Shown piece after piece: positions 39,223 through 53,109 of a DNA stretch of 64,000 nucleotides. The stretch spans positions 186,001 through 250,000 of the forward strand of contig NIVC01000540.1 of assembly GCA_002269645.1 (NCBI GenBank), written 5' to 3'. The notes under the pieces are model-generated. The model searched no databases and had not been told where the DNA came from. It saw only the letters and a list, made by a program, of their open reading frames with translations. A program made the translations under genes and the position numbers. The DNA comes from Macrostomum lignano. Its lineage: Eukaryota. The stretch's first letter is position 1, and each line of letters begins with the position of its first letter.

Positions 39223-39914
39223 ATCCTGCTTTCATCCTAACTACAGGTAAATCACAGTTTAATCCCACTTTCATCCCGATATCTGTGTAATCTCCATTCT
39301 TATCCCTATTCTCGGATCCCTTTTTTATCCCAATCCCACTCGGATCATATTTTTATCCCAATCCTTCTTGGATCCCATTTTTATCCCAATATTTTACAGA
39401 TCCCATTTTTATCCAAATCACCGTTTTGGTATCTAATCTACCCAGAAAGCTAGCAAGATTGCGCACGCCATCTGTTCCAAATTTACACAAATAATTTTAA
39501 AGCAGCAATGCACATTTAATGCAGGAGACTATCAGTATATCATCATATAGCCTCGAAGAGCCTCCCAAAACTAGGGTAAACGAATTTTAGAAAGCAAATT
39601 GAAAAAAAATTTCCAGGTGTGCCGTGCCGCCCGCACCTGCTGAGCGACCCTGACAGCCCGTCTGCCGCCCATCAGAGCATCAGATGCTCCTGAATCTGAA
39701 CTACCCGATTCCGAAACTCTCAGAAAATCCCCAACAGCCATTCGCGCTTTATGAAGCCTCGAACTCCCCCCCCCCCTCTAAAGATCCCAGATTTCCAACA
39801 GGTGCTGTCCGTCAGGGCGCCAGCCCACCCGCCGTTAACGCACTCAAGGACGCCACGGAGTTTGAGGTTAAGTATCTGGACTGGAAACCGATAAGCCAGA
39901 TTTTTATACCTATC

Positions 39915-40505
39915 ACTGCCGGATCCCATTATAATCCCTATCACTGTCTGATCCCATTATAATCCCAATCACTGCCGGATCCCATTATAATCCCTATCAC
40001 TGCCGGATCCCATTATAATTCCAATCACTGTCTGATCCCATTATAATCCCAATCACTGTCTGATCCCATTAAAATCCCAATCACTGTCTGATCCCATTAT
40101 AATCCCTATCACTGCCGGATCCCATTATAATTCCAATCACTGTCTGATCCCATTATAATCCCAATCACTGTCTGATCCCATTAAAATCCCAATCACTGTC
40201 TGATCCCATTATAATCCCAATCACCGTCTGATCCCATTATAATCCCAATCACCGTCTGATCCCATTATAATCCCAATCACCGTCTGATCCCATTATAATC
40301 CCAATCACTGTCTGATCCCATTATAATCCCAATCACTGTCTGATCCCATTATAATCCCAATCATTGTCTGATAAAATTATAATCCCTATCACCGTCTGAT
40401 CCCATTATAATCCCAATCACTGTCTGATCCCATTATAATCCCAATCACTGTCTGATCCCATTATAATCCCAATCATTGTCTGATAAAATTATAATCCCTA
40501 TCACT
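39915..40505. repeat. 28-bp minisatellite (CCAATCACTGTCTGATCCCATTATAATC)
   Basis: Direct reading. Confidence 0.92.
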
Positions 40506-40854
40506 GTGTAGCATCATCACATCAAAGCTAGCCTCCTAGTTTTCACGATCCAGAAGTTCCATTCAGAAGTCCATGACGTCAACTGCCCCCCTCCTGTTCA
40601 GTAGGCCCCGCCGCCGCAGTCTCTTGTGACTCAGCGCCCGCGTCAGTTCACCAAGGTCAGTTCAGGTAGCAATTATTGGGGTTAATTGCTGTTCCACCCT
40701 AGCGGCAATGTAGAATAAGATGCTGCCATTAATTTATGATGCAGCCAGCGGCATAGCAACACAAGATACCTGCCAGTCAATTTTCATTTATGGAATTCTA
40801 TTGCAATTTGGCTATGACACTCTGACTTCCTAATCTGATCCTTACTTATTCTTC

Positions 40855-41003
40855 TTGTCTGATCTTCCTGACTCCTTGTCTGATCCCCTGACTCCTTGTC
40901 TGATCCCCTGACTCCTTGTCTGATCTTCCTGACTCCTTGTCTGATCTTCCTGACTCCTTGTCTGATCCCCTGACTCCTTGTCTGATCTCCTGACTCCTTG
41001 TCT
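40855..41003. repeat. 20-21 bp minisatellite (CCTGACTCCTTGTCTGATCC)
   Basis: Direct reading. Confidence 0.88.
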
Positions 41004-41080
41004 TAAAATCCCCGGTTTCCTACTACAATCCTAAGAGCCCACCCCGAACACAGATGAACTCCGGTCATTCATAAACGCAC

Positions 41081-41169
41081 CTGCCAAAATCCGGCTGAGC
41101 GTTGGCTTCTCTAGCGGAGTGCAGCAGGAGCAGCAATAAAAGCAGAAACTGCATCAGCGGCGGCGACAT
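41081..41169 (-). CDS. Cys-loop channel exon 1 (signal peptide)
   Basis: MSPPLMQFLLLLLLLLHSAREANAQPDFG + AG|GTGCGT (phase 2, matches exon 2 acceptor). Confidence 0.75.
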
Positions 41170-41530
41170 CACAGGGAAGAGGCTGCAGGCCAATCAAGCA
41201 AAGGTTGAAAAAGCAGCAGAGAAATACCAGCTACCAGCAATAGAGAGGCTTTTATCAGCTGGAATGGTGCAAAGCGAGGAAAACACCAGCTATAAAACTG
41301 TTTTTTGCCGGCCAAATGTTCGTCAAGAGCCGTTGCACCATTGGCTGAACTGAGAGGAGGGGGGACGGGCGATTCGTTAAGCTCCGAATTCGGAATTCTT
41401 ATGCAGCATCTTCTGTCTGAGGGGTGACTGACGCCACAAAATTTGTCCGATCTCCGCTGTCCAGTTGCTTAGTCCTTGCAGTAGGCAATCTGGCATTCTC
41501 CCTCCGCCTAGCATGCAGCCAAGTGCAGTG

Positions 41531-41882
41531 ACTCTCCATTGAGTCAGTCCTGCTCTCCATTGAGTCAGTCCTGCTCTCCATTGAGTCAGTCCTGCTCTAT
41601 ACATTGAGTCAGTCCTGCTCTCCATTGAGTCAGTCCTGCTCTCCATTGAGTCAGTCCTGCTCTCCATTGAGTCAGTCCTGCTCTCCATTGAGTCAGTCCT
41701 GCTCTCCATTGAGTCAGTCCTGCTCTCCATTGAGTCAGTCCTGCCCTCCATTGAGTCAGTCCTGCTCTCCATTGAGTCAGTCCTGCTCTCCATTGAGTCA
41801 GTCCTGCTCTCCATTGAGTCAGTCCTGCTCTCCATTGAGTCAGTCCTGCCCTCCATTGAGTCAGTCCTGCTCTCCATTGAGT
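41531..41882. repeat. 21-bp minisatellite (CTCCATTGAGTCAGTCCTGCT)
   Basis: Direct reading. Confidence 0.95.
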
Positions 41883-42364
41883 CGGTACAAAGATCGGTGC
41901 TCTTCATGCGATAGAGAGGACTCCGTGCTCCCCAACAATACAGCATTTCCAAGCCAAACAGCAAGCAAGTTAATCCTTAGTGGGAGAATCTCCAATCTTC
42001 TCTTCAGTTTGCAAAAGCAATGTAATTCATTGTTATTGACTGTCACCCCCTTTTTTAGTTCGCGGCGTTGTAGCGTAACTCCTGGGTTGAATTTTGATCT
42101 TTGACTACGCACAACATGCGCAGTGATTCTCTTTTGCATGCTGCGCTTGAGCAGGGTGTCTGAGAGAGTGCGAGTTTGCCCTAAAATTCGAAGCAGACAG
42201 CCATCAGCTCTGGCTGTTCAGCCATGCCGAACCTCGCAGGACTTCGAATTGCTGCTCTCGGGCCCTATCAAATCTTCGAATAGTTTCACTTATTGACTTC
42301 CAGCATCCCAACAGCACGCCATCGTTCAGTATTCGTCATTTTCCGCACAAATTTTGTAATAATG

Positions 42365-42675
42365 TGTGTGAATTGAACTGAACAATTGCCCTCTTGATTA
42401 AAGCCGTTTTGTACTTGTACCATAGCACACGCAAGCTCTGACTCAGCCGCATCTGAAGGCTGCGTACGGCTGTTCAGTCCAAGGACTTGGAGGTCGCCAC
42501 ACACAGCCTCAATTACCCCAGCTAATGCTGGCACCCATTTTACAGCTGGGTGAACTGAAGCAATGCAGAGTTAAGTGCCTTGCTCAAGAACACAAATTTT
42601 TCCGAGCGAGTGGGTCGAGAATCGAACCCCCGACCTTTCAGTCGTGAGTCCGACGCTCTAACCACTAGGCTAAAA
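42365..42675 (-). mobile_element. tRNA-derived CORE-SINE
   Basis: A box TAGCCTAGTGG, B box GGTTCGATTC, then GTGTTCTTGAGCAAGGCACTTAAC...TCAGTTCACCCAGCTGTAAAATGGG resembling the MIR/CORE domain; 3' end approximate. Confidence 0.85.
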
Positions 42676-43721
42676 AATTAAACACAAGAAGAAAACAGCA
42701 TCACTGTAGTGCCTCTGTATAAGCTTCAATCATAGTAGACTATTCATAGTAGGCATTCGTTCAAATTATATTGTCTTTAAAATGGGGAACTCGCGCTTTG
42801 ATGTCGAACACGCGCAACAAGAAATCCAGACAACCGGAAAGAAGACGGGCCTAATAGACGGGTCTAGTACTTACTAGAAGTCTAAGCTAGCTGTGTCTTT
42901 CTCACAATCAAGCTACTACTACGAGTACTATCGATTTCAACATCAGTTCTTGCTAAACTTCGATGCCGATATGTATCGAAAGTATACAATTTTAACCCAG
43001 TTGATTTTTGACCCACTGAACAAGAGAACAGGAGGCATAGACGGGATGAAAGAAGCAAGCGAAATCAAAAGCAAAAAGCGCAGCAAATAATCCTGAGTCA
43101 GTAAAGATTTTTCGAAAGAAAAATTTACAAAAAAGCTGGCTGAGAAAAGGGGGATTACGGTCTACGCGTGTACGGAGATGCGGTGCATGTACAGATGAGC
43201 GCCAGGTTGCTTGATTGCTTAATACCGGGCCAAGCTTCAGAGTCTACAATCTAGAAAATCTAGATTCTTATTATTTTGCGTCATTACGCTACTATTAGTA
43301 GCAGACTTAGCTAATATTTGACCATTTCAATTGTTATTTTAAACTAGCCAGGGCCCAATGAATTTGTGAATTCAGAATGCGCAGTGCTATATACAGAATA
43401 CAATGCATAATGTTAATGAAAGCGAAAGCCACAGGTGAAGCTCAGTGTAAAAATATGGGCCACAGTTAGGCGTATGTACACATTAATAAATCAACGATGG
43501 AACCCAATGGAAATGAGGAAATGACAATGCATGCGGGTGACACAGGGCGGCAATGCCAATGCAGCCAGCAATCTTCACGAGAACAGATACAATGCAAAGA
43601 GCATATAAAACATAGCGAGGTAGTTTGGTAAAGCAGGAGGTAACGACAACACAGTTTGGGAATAAAAAAATAGAACGACCCACAGCTCAGCCAGTACAGC
43701 CAGATTCGAGTTTAAACTGAC

Positions 43722-43915
43722 GATCTGGGAGGCTGGTGATGACCCAGCAACTGAGGATCTGGGAGGCTGGTGATGACCCAGCAACTGAGGATCTGGGAGG
43801 CTGGTGATGACCCAGCAACTGAGGATCTGGGAGGCTGGTGATGACCCAGCAACTGAGGATCTGGGAGGCTGGTGATGGACCAGCAACTGAGGATCTGGGA
43901 GGCTGGCCCAGCAAC
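43722..43915. repeat. 34-bp minisatellite (GACCCAGCAACTGAGGATCTGGGAGGCTGGTGAT)
   Basis: Direct reading. Confidence 0.92.
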
Positions 43916-45156
43916 TGCAGAGGGAGGCTGCTCAGACTGAGCACAGAAGCTGATTAGCTGCAGGATTACAAGCAGCTGGAGCAGCTCTCAATAGAACTGA
44001 AAGCAGCAATAGCAGAGCACAAGAAAAGCGGTTACAAAATCACGCAGAGACACCTGATTCAACAGAGCAGTTACGGCTACTTGCAGAAAGTAGAACACAA
44101 AAATATTTATAAAAAACACAAAGTAAGTGAGGCGCAGTTAAAGCAGTTAAAAAACCAGATGAAATCTCCTGCTAAAGTGTACACGTGAGAATAGCAACAT
44201 GTGGATTGGGCAAAACAGAGTCGGGGGGGCAGCAGATTAGGATAAATATCGAAACCAATAAAAAGTGTATGAATTCCTGAAGTTCTCGCCTGGTAACTCA
44301 TTTGAAACACACTGGACAGACAGACGGGGGGAGGCCGGCTGGCTGGGCAATTCGTGGCATCAGCGAACTTAACGCGGCAAAACAATTAAAGCATTATTTC
44401 CTGATTGCTTGATAAAAAGAGAGAGTATAATTACGCGTATTAAGAAATAAAATATATTAGCCAACAGACAGACAGATCGATACTAAAAAAATAACTGAAA
44501 ATAATTTGAATAATTAAGCCCTGATTTGGTCTGTAACACAGATACTAGAATAACTAGATGGGCCACACAGCACATTTGCGTGTAAGCTACTTTTAGTTTA
44601 GTAGTATTTTTAGTATGTATTTTTAAAGCCAAAGCTCATTTATAGGCTCTTATTACCCCCCCCGCTCAAACCCTCCAACCGCGCCTTTCCACACTACCCC
44701 CTCACCCCGCCCCAATTTTTATTGTCATTCTCGGAATTCCAGCCTAAAGCGGCCATGTACATTTCAGTGGACTGGCTAATGTACATTATTGCTGAACCAA
44801 TTAGCAAGTTGTTTACGCCTGAAAGCTTGGGCTTCTAAACTTATCAAAGTCATTTCAGCTGTCTGTATTTTTATAAAATAGCTTATGGATTCTTCTTTGC
44901 TACTGAACTGACAGTAGAAAGCTGTTTTGCTAAGTATATATGCCTGAGTGGCCCATCTACGTCGTAGCTATTTTAGTATCCGTGGCCAATGATAACAAAA
45001 GGGATTTCGCACCAACTGTTGGGCGTTCCAATGTTTATAATCTATGTGATTAATCAACTTACTATAAATATATATATGGAATCGAATTACAGGATTAGCG
45101 CCTGTGTAACAGCTGTGTTGCACTAATCATCATTCATACAGGGAGGGAGGGGGGCG

Positions 45157-46570
45157 TCACGCTGCTCCGCAATGGCTGTTCCGGTCGGCTGCGGCAACGG
45201 CGCTCAATGGGGCCGACGAGCCGCCGCTGCCGCTGGCGCCGTTGCTCCCAGACGTAGATCTGCAATGGCACTCGTCAGATTCAAGCTCGCCTTCCTGGCC
45301 GGCGAGATCGCAGTTGGCCGAGCTGCTGCCGGCCGTGGCATTCGATCCGGCCGGGGCGGGAGCGCCGAGCAGAGGCTTGGCCGAGTCGGTCTTGTTGCCG
45401 TCGCCAAAGCCGTGAACGCAATTGCCATTGGTCTCGTTGGCGCGGTGCCGATAACCTTCAACAGCGCCGCCGCAGCGAGTCAGAGCTAGCCGCTGCTGCT
45501 GATGCTGCCGAGGATGTGCCAGGCCGTTCCCGCCGCTCACGCCAACGTCAATAGCCGCTATGGTCGTCACCTGATGGCTGCCACCGCCGCCGATGGCTGT
45601 CGCCGATTGTCGCCGACGCCGGCGCCTTCGCCTACGCCAGGGACGCCGGAGGATGAGCCAGATGGCAGCCAGGGTGGCCAAGCCCAGAGCATAGCTGACC
45701 AGGGCGGCCAGAGCGTGCGACCACAGCGGATAGTGCGGCGTGGCTGACGATGCTTGAGGAGGAGTACATCGCTGTGAGTGCGGCGGAGGCTGCTGGACTT
45801 GTTGTACAGGCGATGAGGTTTGCAGCAAAGCTGGCACAGTCGGCAGGCTGGGCGGAAACAAAGGCTGGCTGACCGCATCGAACAGAGGCAAATAGTGAGC
45901 CCTGCCGCACGGCTTGGAGACCAGGCCGCAGTCTGAAATCCCGAATTGGGAAATCAGCTGGGCAGGCAGGCCGGTCAGTTCGGGCCTGACCAGATAGCAC
46001 GGATTAAACTGGCACCTGGCAATCAGCGAGCGATGCTTGAATTCAGCCAGCCGGATTAGCAGCCGATTCCTATAGAATCCGGGCGAGCCGAGCCAGTTCG
46101 AATTCGGCAGCGTGCAACCCTTGGCAACTAGCTCGGCCAGCAATTCGCCGGTGTCGGCGTCCTCCAGACGGCAGTTCTCAATAACGGCGCCATATAAGAA
46201 ATCGGTTCGAACAGGTCGAAGCTCGATTGTGTAGTTGCCAGGGTAACTGCTACGGCCGCTACTGCTATTGGTTAGGCTGAGACGGAAGGCCAGCTGACTG
46301 GCTATGCGCATTCGGTTCTGCTCAAATTCCGGCCCCGGCAGAGCTGCCTGCGGTCCCTCCCGCTCCACCGACGCGAGGCTCATGTCGCTCCAAGTAAAAA
46401 ATCGAAAATAGCGGCCCAGCTTATCCGTCAATGGGGGAGACCGCCAGTTGTTGAACTGCACAGCTAGATAGGCTGACACTTTGCTGGCCTTGGCTTCGCT
46501 GCCGCATTCGCCGCTGACAATCAGCCGGCCGACGCTGCCGTCTGGTAGGGTGGCTAAACGGCAGGAGTCG
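45157..46570 (-). CDS. ZP-module membrane protein, last exon (ZP-N end, ZP-C, TM, tail)
   Basis: Acceptor TTCCAG (phase 2); ZP-C-like Cys pattern ENC...AKGC...ARCQFNPC...SDC..SKPC; TM LAALVSYALGLATLAAIWLIL followed by poly-Arg. Confidence 0.8.
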
Positions 46571-46644
46571 CTGGAAAATTTGTTGCGCAATCGTGAAATT
46601 TTTTATTGGGCTCCGGCTGGCTTTACCACTAGTGCTAGTGCTGC

Positions 46645-46915
46645 AGGTGTACACAATGCTAATACTCATATAGTAAGGTGTACAGAATGCTAATACTGAT
46701 ATAGTAAGGTGTACAGAATGCTAGTACTCACAAAGTAAGGTGTACAGAATGCTAGTAATCACAAAGTAAGGTGTACAGAATGCTAGTACTCACAAAGTAA
46801 GGTGTACAGAATGCTAGTACTCACAAAGTAAGGTGTACAGAATGCTAGTACTCACAAAGTAAGGTGTACAGAATGCTAGTACTCACAAAGTAAGGTGTAC
46901 AGAATGCTAGTACTC
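46645..46915. repeat. 31-bp minisatellite (CAAAGTAAGGTGTACAGAATGCTAGTACTCA)
   Basis: Direct reading. Confidence 0.92.
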
Positions 46916-47000
46916 ATAACGTAAGTGAATGCAACCCAAGCAAGAAAGGTGTACATCATGCCTGCACTGCCACAGTGACAAGCTATTAAGAACCTCATAC

Positions 47001-47518
47001 CTATTGGAATCGATCTCAGCAATAGCCGAGTCCCTCTTGCGCACCATAGCGGCCCAGGCTAGCGAGTGAGTGCAGTTAGCCAGCACCCGCCTGTCCAGAA
47101 TGAGCAAAGTCTGGCCAGGTGACAGCTGCCGGAATTGCACCTGGCTAATTGCCTCATCCGGTTCATAGGTAAACGGATCAAAGCTGACATCGGCGATGAC
47201 GATTTTGTGTTTAGATTCCGGTTCGAACCGAATGCTGCGCAGGTAGGGGCCGGGCACTTCGCTGCGTCGGAGGCCCGGTTGCGCCTTGATGGTTACGTTA
47301 ACGGCGTTACCGCCGCTGTTGAGCAAGTCCAGGCCGCCAGCGTCTCGGCAGCCGTAGAGCAGCTTCAGCGAGGGCCGGTCGCCCCCACCAGACGTCCAGT
47401 TGGCAAGTCGGACACTGACCGAGGCCGGACAGGCTCCTCCGCTACCGATGATGTCGAATACGATAGCCAGGACAAACTGGCTGGCTCGGTCCGGCAGCAC
47501 TCGATCGGCCATGTTTAT
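47001..47518 (-). CDS. ZP-module membrane protein exon 3
   Basis: Acceptor CCCAG (phase 0), donor AG|GTATGA (phase 2); open frame INMADRVL...ANCTHSLAWAAMVRK. Confidence 0.78.
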
Positions 47519-48059
47519 CTGGGCGAGAGAGCGGATAATTGAGCTATATTGAATACCGGAACTTTTAGCTATAAATCTGACCGTTACAAATCAATCAACA
47601 AATAAATGAGCAAGTCAATCAATAAATCAACAAATCAATTAATCATTAAATGAGCAATCGAGCCATCAATCAAAAATTAACAAATTAACACACCAATAAA
47701 TAAAGAAATAAATAAATCAATAAAAAAATAAATCAACAAATCAATCAATCAATAAATCAATCAACATATCAACAAATCAATCAGTTAACTACAATATGCA
47801 AATTAATTAAACCATTCAACCACGAAATTAATAAATAAATAAAAAATTAACAAACAAACAATAAGCAATAATCAATCAGTCAAAAACAGACCAATCTATG
47901 CAATCAATAAATCACTGAGCAAGACTCCGGCTAAGTGATTCGTAAAATCATTGTCAACGTTTTTCCCAAGTCCAAGTCAGCTCTATGATAATTAGCTAAT
48001 TCGCCTACTAGCAGTAGTCTCCACCGGAAGAAACATAAATTAATACAAAAATAACCAAC

Positions 48060-48592
48060 CTGAACACTGTCCGGCAAATACAAGCCGCCAATTTCAATGA
48101 CAACAGTCCGAGCAGCTGGTGAACAATAGTCCCGATTTGGGCCTTCCGTATTGAAGGATATCGCCACCGGTTGCGGATTGCCGAACTGACGAATTAGAGG
48201 CGATACGATTGGCCTACTGCCGTCTTTGTGGCAATTGGCTATATTTTCATAGGATTTAAAATCAATGTCCAGCCTCCGACTGAAGCGGACAAATGCTAGA
48301 TTGGGCGTGTAATATGCGAACAGGCTGGCGGCCTCCAGGTAGCCTGGCCAGCCATCTCTCAGCGTGTTTAATATATTGCTGTAGCCTCTGATGCTGTTAA
48401 TCCGTCTGACAGTGAGGTTCAAGCCAGGCTGCGGCTCGGGCTGCACATTAGATGAAGCCGACAGATTCAATAGCAGCACTTCAACGGGCGCGGACAGCTG
48501 GCTGAGGCCTTCAAACTGTACTGAGACGCTGGAGTTGTGCGTGTTGCACCACAGCACCAGTTGCAGGGCGGAGCCGCGGTAGTCTTTGAAGC
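48060..48592 (-). CDS. ZP-module membrane protein exon 2
   Basis: Acceptor CGCAG (phase 1), donor CAG|GTTGGT (phase 0); FKDYRGSALQLVLWCNTHNSS...LPDSVQ. Confidence 0.78.
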
Positions 48593-49428
48593 CTGCGCGG
48601 CGGCGGAGGCGGCGGGTGAGCAGTCATATCAGAGTCAAGGGAAGCGAAAGTCCATCTATAATAAAATATACTCATAAAAAGCAGCCTCATATATGCACAC
48701 CGCCACCTGCCACAAATCCGCACATCGTGTCAGCCAGATCAGAGAGAGCGATGCGGTGCTGCGCACAGGCGGCAGTTGCGCAATGCGGTAAAGTGGAGAA
48801 TGCACCGGTAATCCAATAATATAATTTAAGTATAATGCAATGTAATATAATATAATATAATCGCTTTCTGGCAAACGCGAAGATCACTCGGGCTCCACTT
48901 TATGAGCTTAGTTGACATATATTCCCAATTATCCCCTTGCTTGTTCTCCCCTATCCCAAGTTCGATTTTCGTCGCCTTTTTTGCCAAACTTAGCTTCCTG
49001 GCATCACTGTGAGCAGAATGAAGTATCACTTGTGCGTATAGGTCACTCGGGCTCCACTTTATGAGCTTAAGTTGACATGAGATCCCCATTTTATCCCCTT
49101 TATCCCCTGGGACCCCAAGGAAGGGACCCGGATGGGATGTCTCGGCGATTCTAATCACCTGGTCCGACCAGTTATCGATTCCAGTCGGTTTGGTCTGGAG
49201 CCTTGCTTTGGGCTCCATTCTAGCGCTTAAGTTGACACCCCCTTTCAATATTGCAGAGTAGAACTTTAGAAATAGGATTGATATTTCTAATTATATATTT
49301 AAGCCTAGCTTCAGACACATCATAATGAATAACTTCTATAGAGAATCAAGATGACTAATAGTTAATGAAAAAAGCTAAAAAAATAGTTCCAAATATTAGA
49401 TCAGGTAAAGTGGCTCGCTTGATGAAGA

Positions 49429-49982
49429 GTAGATAAATAAAGGTAAATATCAACATGAAGTATTATTTGAGTTGCCGATGCATTTCGTCCATTTGCATTA
49501 GGACATCGTCAGGGTCTTTTTATTGAGAAACAATTTGAACGAATATTCAGTATATATAGATAGTTGAGAGTAACAAGAGTAGTTGAATTGAGTTTTTAAT
49601 TGATGGTTTAAAACTTGTACATAGTAATCAATTTTTTAATTAATTACAATGCAACGTTAAATAACCAACTTGCGATGGGTGGGGCTAGCCGTCAACTCAG
49701 AATTTTTTAGCTGATTTGTCAATGACCGGACTGGCTTGAAACTGATATGCACTTTACCCAACCAATACTGTATCAAAAATTGATTACTATGTACAAGTTT
49801 TAAACCATCAATTAAAAACTCAATTCAACTACTCTTGTTACTCTCAACTATCTATATATACTGAATATTCGTTCAAATTGTTTCTCAATAAAAAGACCCT
49901 GACGATGTCCTAATGCAAATGGACGAAATGCATCGGCAACTCAAATAATACTTCATGTTGATATTTACCTTTATTTATCTAC
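49429..49982. mobile_element. long inverted repeat (208-bp arms, 138-bp spacer), foldback/MITE-like
   Basis: 49429-49636 reads as the reverse complement of 49775-49982. Confidence 0.85.
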
Positions 49983-50855
49983 AAATATTAGATATTTCCT
50001 ACCAGATGATAGAGAAGCATAATGCGATTAAATGGGCGTCCTATCCCGATTATTACTAGTAAAAATGAAAAATGAGATTAGGGATACAAAGTAAAAATCT
50101 ATGATAATGCTGTTATTTATTGTATTTCACAAGCAGCTTGTTGATATATTTGACAAGCCAAATAACGAACACCCATGATCCTTACAATTTTAATCCAATA
50201 TATCGGCAGATTAAGTGAGGCTTATATGCCAGTTCTTGCTGTCTAAGACAAATCCAAAGCAAGAAGTAGCTTAATCTGTCCCAATTTCAATAGAATATCT
50301 GCGCATGTATCACTGCCGGGTGTCGGCAGCTTGTTTGCATTGTAAACACAAACGCTACAGCAACACAAGGTTGAGGAAAAGCATTTAAGCAGTTAAAAAT
50401 AAGCTTACTAATGCGTATAAACATTAACCTTAGAAAGCATTTCTGCCCCTGATTTCTCTGTTCCACTATGCAGTCTCCCTTAGCCTACAAGTTTAGCTCG
50501 TCTCCTTTGATATTTCTTCGCTGGCACGACTGGGGGCCTCGTGCTCCGGGAAATAGGCGCGAAAAACACATGACAGGCAAGGCTGTATATCAGAAATGAA
50601 AAATAGCTTTTAAAAGGGAGCGTATTTTTGTCACAGTTCCAGACAGTTGCGCCAGCAAAGTGCGCGCGATAAAGACTATAGTTTGCGACATCCAACTAAT
50701 AAGCTATACTTTACGAAATAGAACTAAGTCCGATGGGTGACATGGGATTATTGGAAACCGCCTATTTGAATGCCGATTTTTGAGTTGGTAAGGTGTCTAT
50801 TCAGGATACTGAAAGGTAAGAAGATTCTACTGTGCAAATAAACGAACCAGTGATT

Positions 50856-51180
50856 CTAGAGATGGCGAAAGGGCGATTCTATATCGATGGCGAAAAGGCG
50901 ATTCTATAGAGATGGCAAAGGGGCGATTCTATAGAGATGGCGAAAGGGCGATTTTATAGCGATGGCGAAAGGGTGATTCTAGAGATGGCGAAAGGGCGAT
51001 TCTATAGCGATGGCGAAAGGGCGATTCTATAGCGATGGCGAAAGGACGATTCTATAGCGATGGCGAAAGGGTGATTCTAGAGATGGCGAACGGGAGATTC
51101 TATAGATGGTGAAGGGGAGATTCTAGAGATGGCGAAGGGCGATTCTAAAATTTGCGAAAGTGCGGTTCTAGAGATGGCGA
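50856..51180. repeat. ~23-25 bp degenerate minisatellite (GATGGCGAAAGGGCGATTCTATAGC)
   Basis: Direct reading. Confidence 0.85.
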
Positions 51181-51914
51181 GGGGTGAAAATGGCGCTATA
51201 GTCTCTGAGTTTTTGGGAGCATTTTATGATTAAAATTTAAAGTGAAAGTGGCGCTACACTCGATGAGCATTTTGGGAACATTTTCTAATTAAATTTTCAA
51301 AGCGAAAATGCGCACTTTCGATAATGACGTAGATAAAAAATGACTTCCCACGCATGAAAAAAATAATTTTAAAGCAATGCTGGAAAATTCAATAAAATGA
51401 ATTGCAAGATAAAGGTGCTAAAATTGCTTGCCTAATCTCGCACACCCTTACCTACATAGGATTCTACCTACATTAAGTCAAAACACAAAGCACTTAGTAA
51501 CGGGCCTTCGGGAACGTCTGCATTGTCAAGGGAAGCAACAGTTCTACGATATATTCACTCCCAGTGCCTTGGGGATTGGCATGGGTGTGATTTGCACGAC
51601 AACCAGCTACACACAGCTTAAAGTTCAACTTGTCAATCTCAAAATGCGTGCTTTGATCTTTAGAATTATGGTATTAAACCAGCAAAAAAGGGAGACACAA
51701 CTATATACGCGCGCCGCTTTAGATAAGAAAAAACATATAGGACAGATAGAGGAGGGTGGCAGAAGGACACAAGGGGAATTGTGGCGGCAAGCCTTTGTGT
51801 GCAAAAAGCCCCCCCCCCTTACGAGATACGATTTAAACGAGTCACGGCCGCACGCGCCTAGAAGTGCGGCCGCACCGCATGTTGCATGCAGGCAGGCGGA
51901 ATGGACAAGCAAAA

Positions 51915-51920
51915 GAGAGA

Positions 51921-51987
<67 letters not shown>
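51915..51987. repeat. (GA)n microsatellite
   Basis: Direct reading. Confidence 0.95.
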
Positions 51988-51988
<1 letters not shown>

Positions 51989-53109
51989 AACATTAAGCCA
52001 AGAGCGCCGCCCGCTAAACTGGCGGGCCAAGGCCGAGTCGGAGAGCTGGCAGGTCTAGCGGCGGTCACGCGCTAGTGACCTTCGCGGGGTTGCCTAACCC
52101 CCCCCCCGCCCACTCAGCCTCATCCCCCGCCCCGCTATCGAGGATGGAAGGACGATCGGCTTCGGTTGGAGTGGCACAAGCGTGCGGCAAGCAGCAGCAG
52201 AAGTTCAAGACTTAAGGAATGGGAACGGAGGGGGACAGTGAGGAGGTGGAGGGGGGCAAGACTGACTGGCGAAATGAGAGATGAAGGAGAAGAGAAATGT
52301 GCAAGGAGAGGAAAGGGTTGGGGAAGAAAGGGAAATTCCGCTGCCAAAAAATGGAGAGTGGTGCACCCGCGAACACGCTTCACTCTACCGCCTCCCGCAG
52401 GCTTTCTATCCCCCCTCTCTTCCCTAGATCCAAAATCCTCTAAAAACCTCTCATCCCGCTCTTTCTCTATTTCTGTCGGCCATTTCGGTTCTGAATTTGC
52501 CGCCTCTCTCACACGCAGTCCGCATGCTCCTCAGCAGCTTCACCCCCTCTTTCCCCAAGCCAGCCAGCCTGCCCCCCCCTGCCTAGCAGCTTATAATATC
52601 GATAGAGAAAAGAAGACGCACAGACAGAAGCGGGGTCATGAAACAATAAAACCCCATGCAAAACAGGCGCGTGTCCAGTCAGCTAAACTGTGCTAAATAT
52701 CAGGCGCAGTTTAAATAGAAATAAAGATACTTAGAAGAAGAGTTACTATATCTAGTAGCCTACTAAGCTGCCCGGGGAGTAGTCACAAGACACCTGCTTT
52801 AAATGTTCTCTGCCTAGCCTTTGCCTCGCGTGCCCTAGCTTTTGTGACGCCAAGCATTTGATAGCAGGGCAGGAAATTTCTGAACACTGCCAGAAAGAGA
52901 ATAAGCTTTTATTACAATACTTGCAACACGAATGCAATAAAAATCAATCAATAAATACTCTTCCATAGTCACTGACCAGAGGAGTCAGTGGTGATGAGGT
53001 CATGGGTCTCAACTGCATACAGTGTAGCTCATAGGCTAAATTATATGGGTATAGCACTGTCAGAGAGGTATACCAGCTCATTGAGTGACTAAGTCTGAAA
53101 GGGATACAG

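Noticed and set aside
50480-50695. 71-aa minus-strand ORF with a hydrophobic segment inside the ZP intron
   Set aside because: Ends in a stop, no compatible splice phase with neighbouring exons, no motif; cannot exclude an alternative terminal exon
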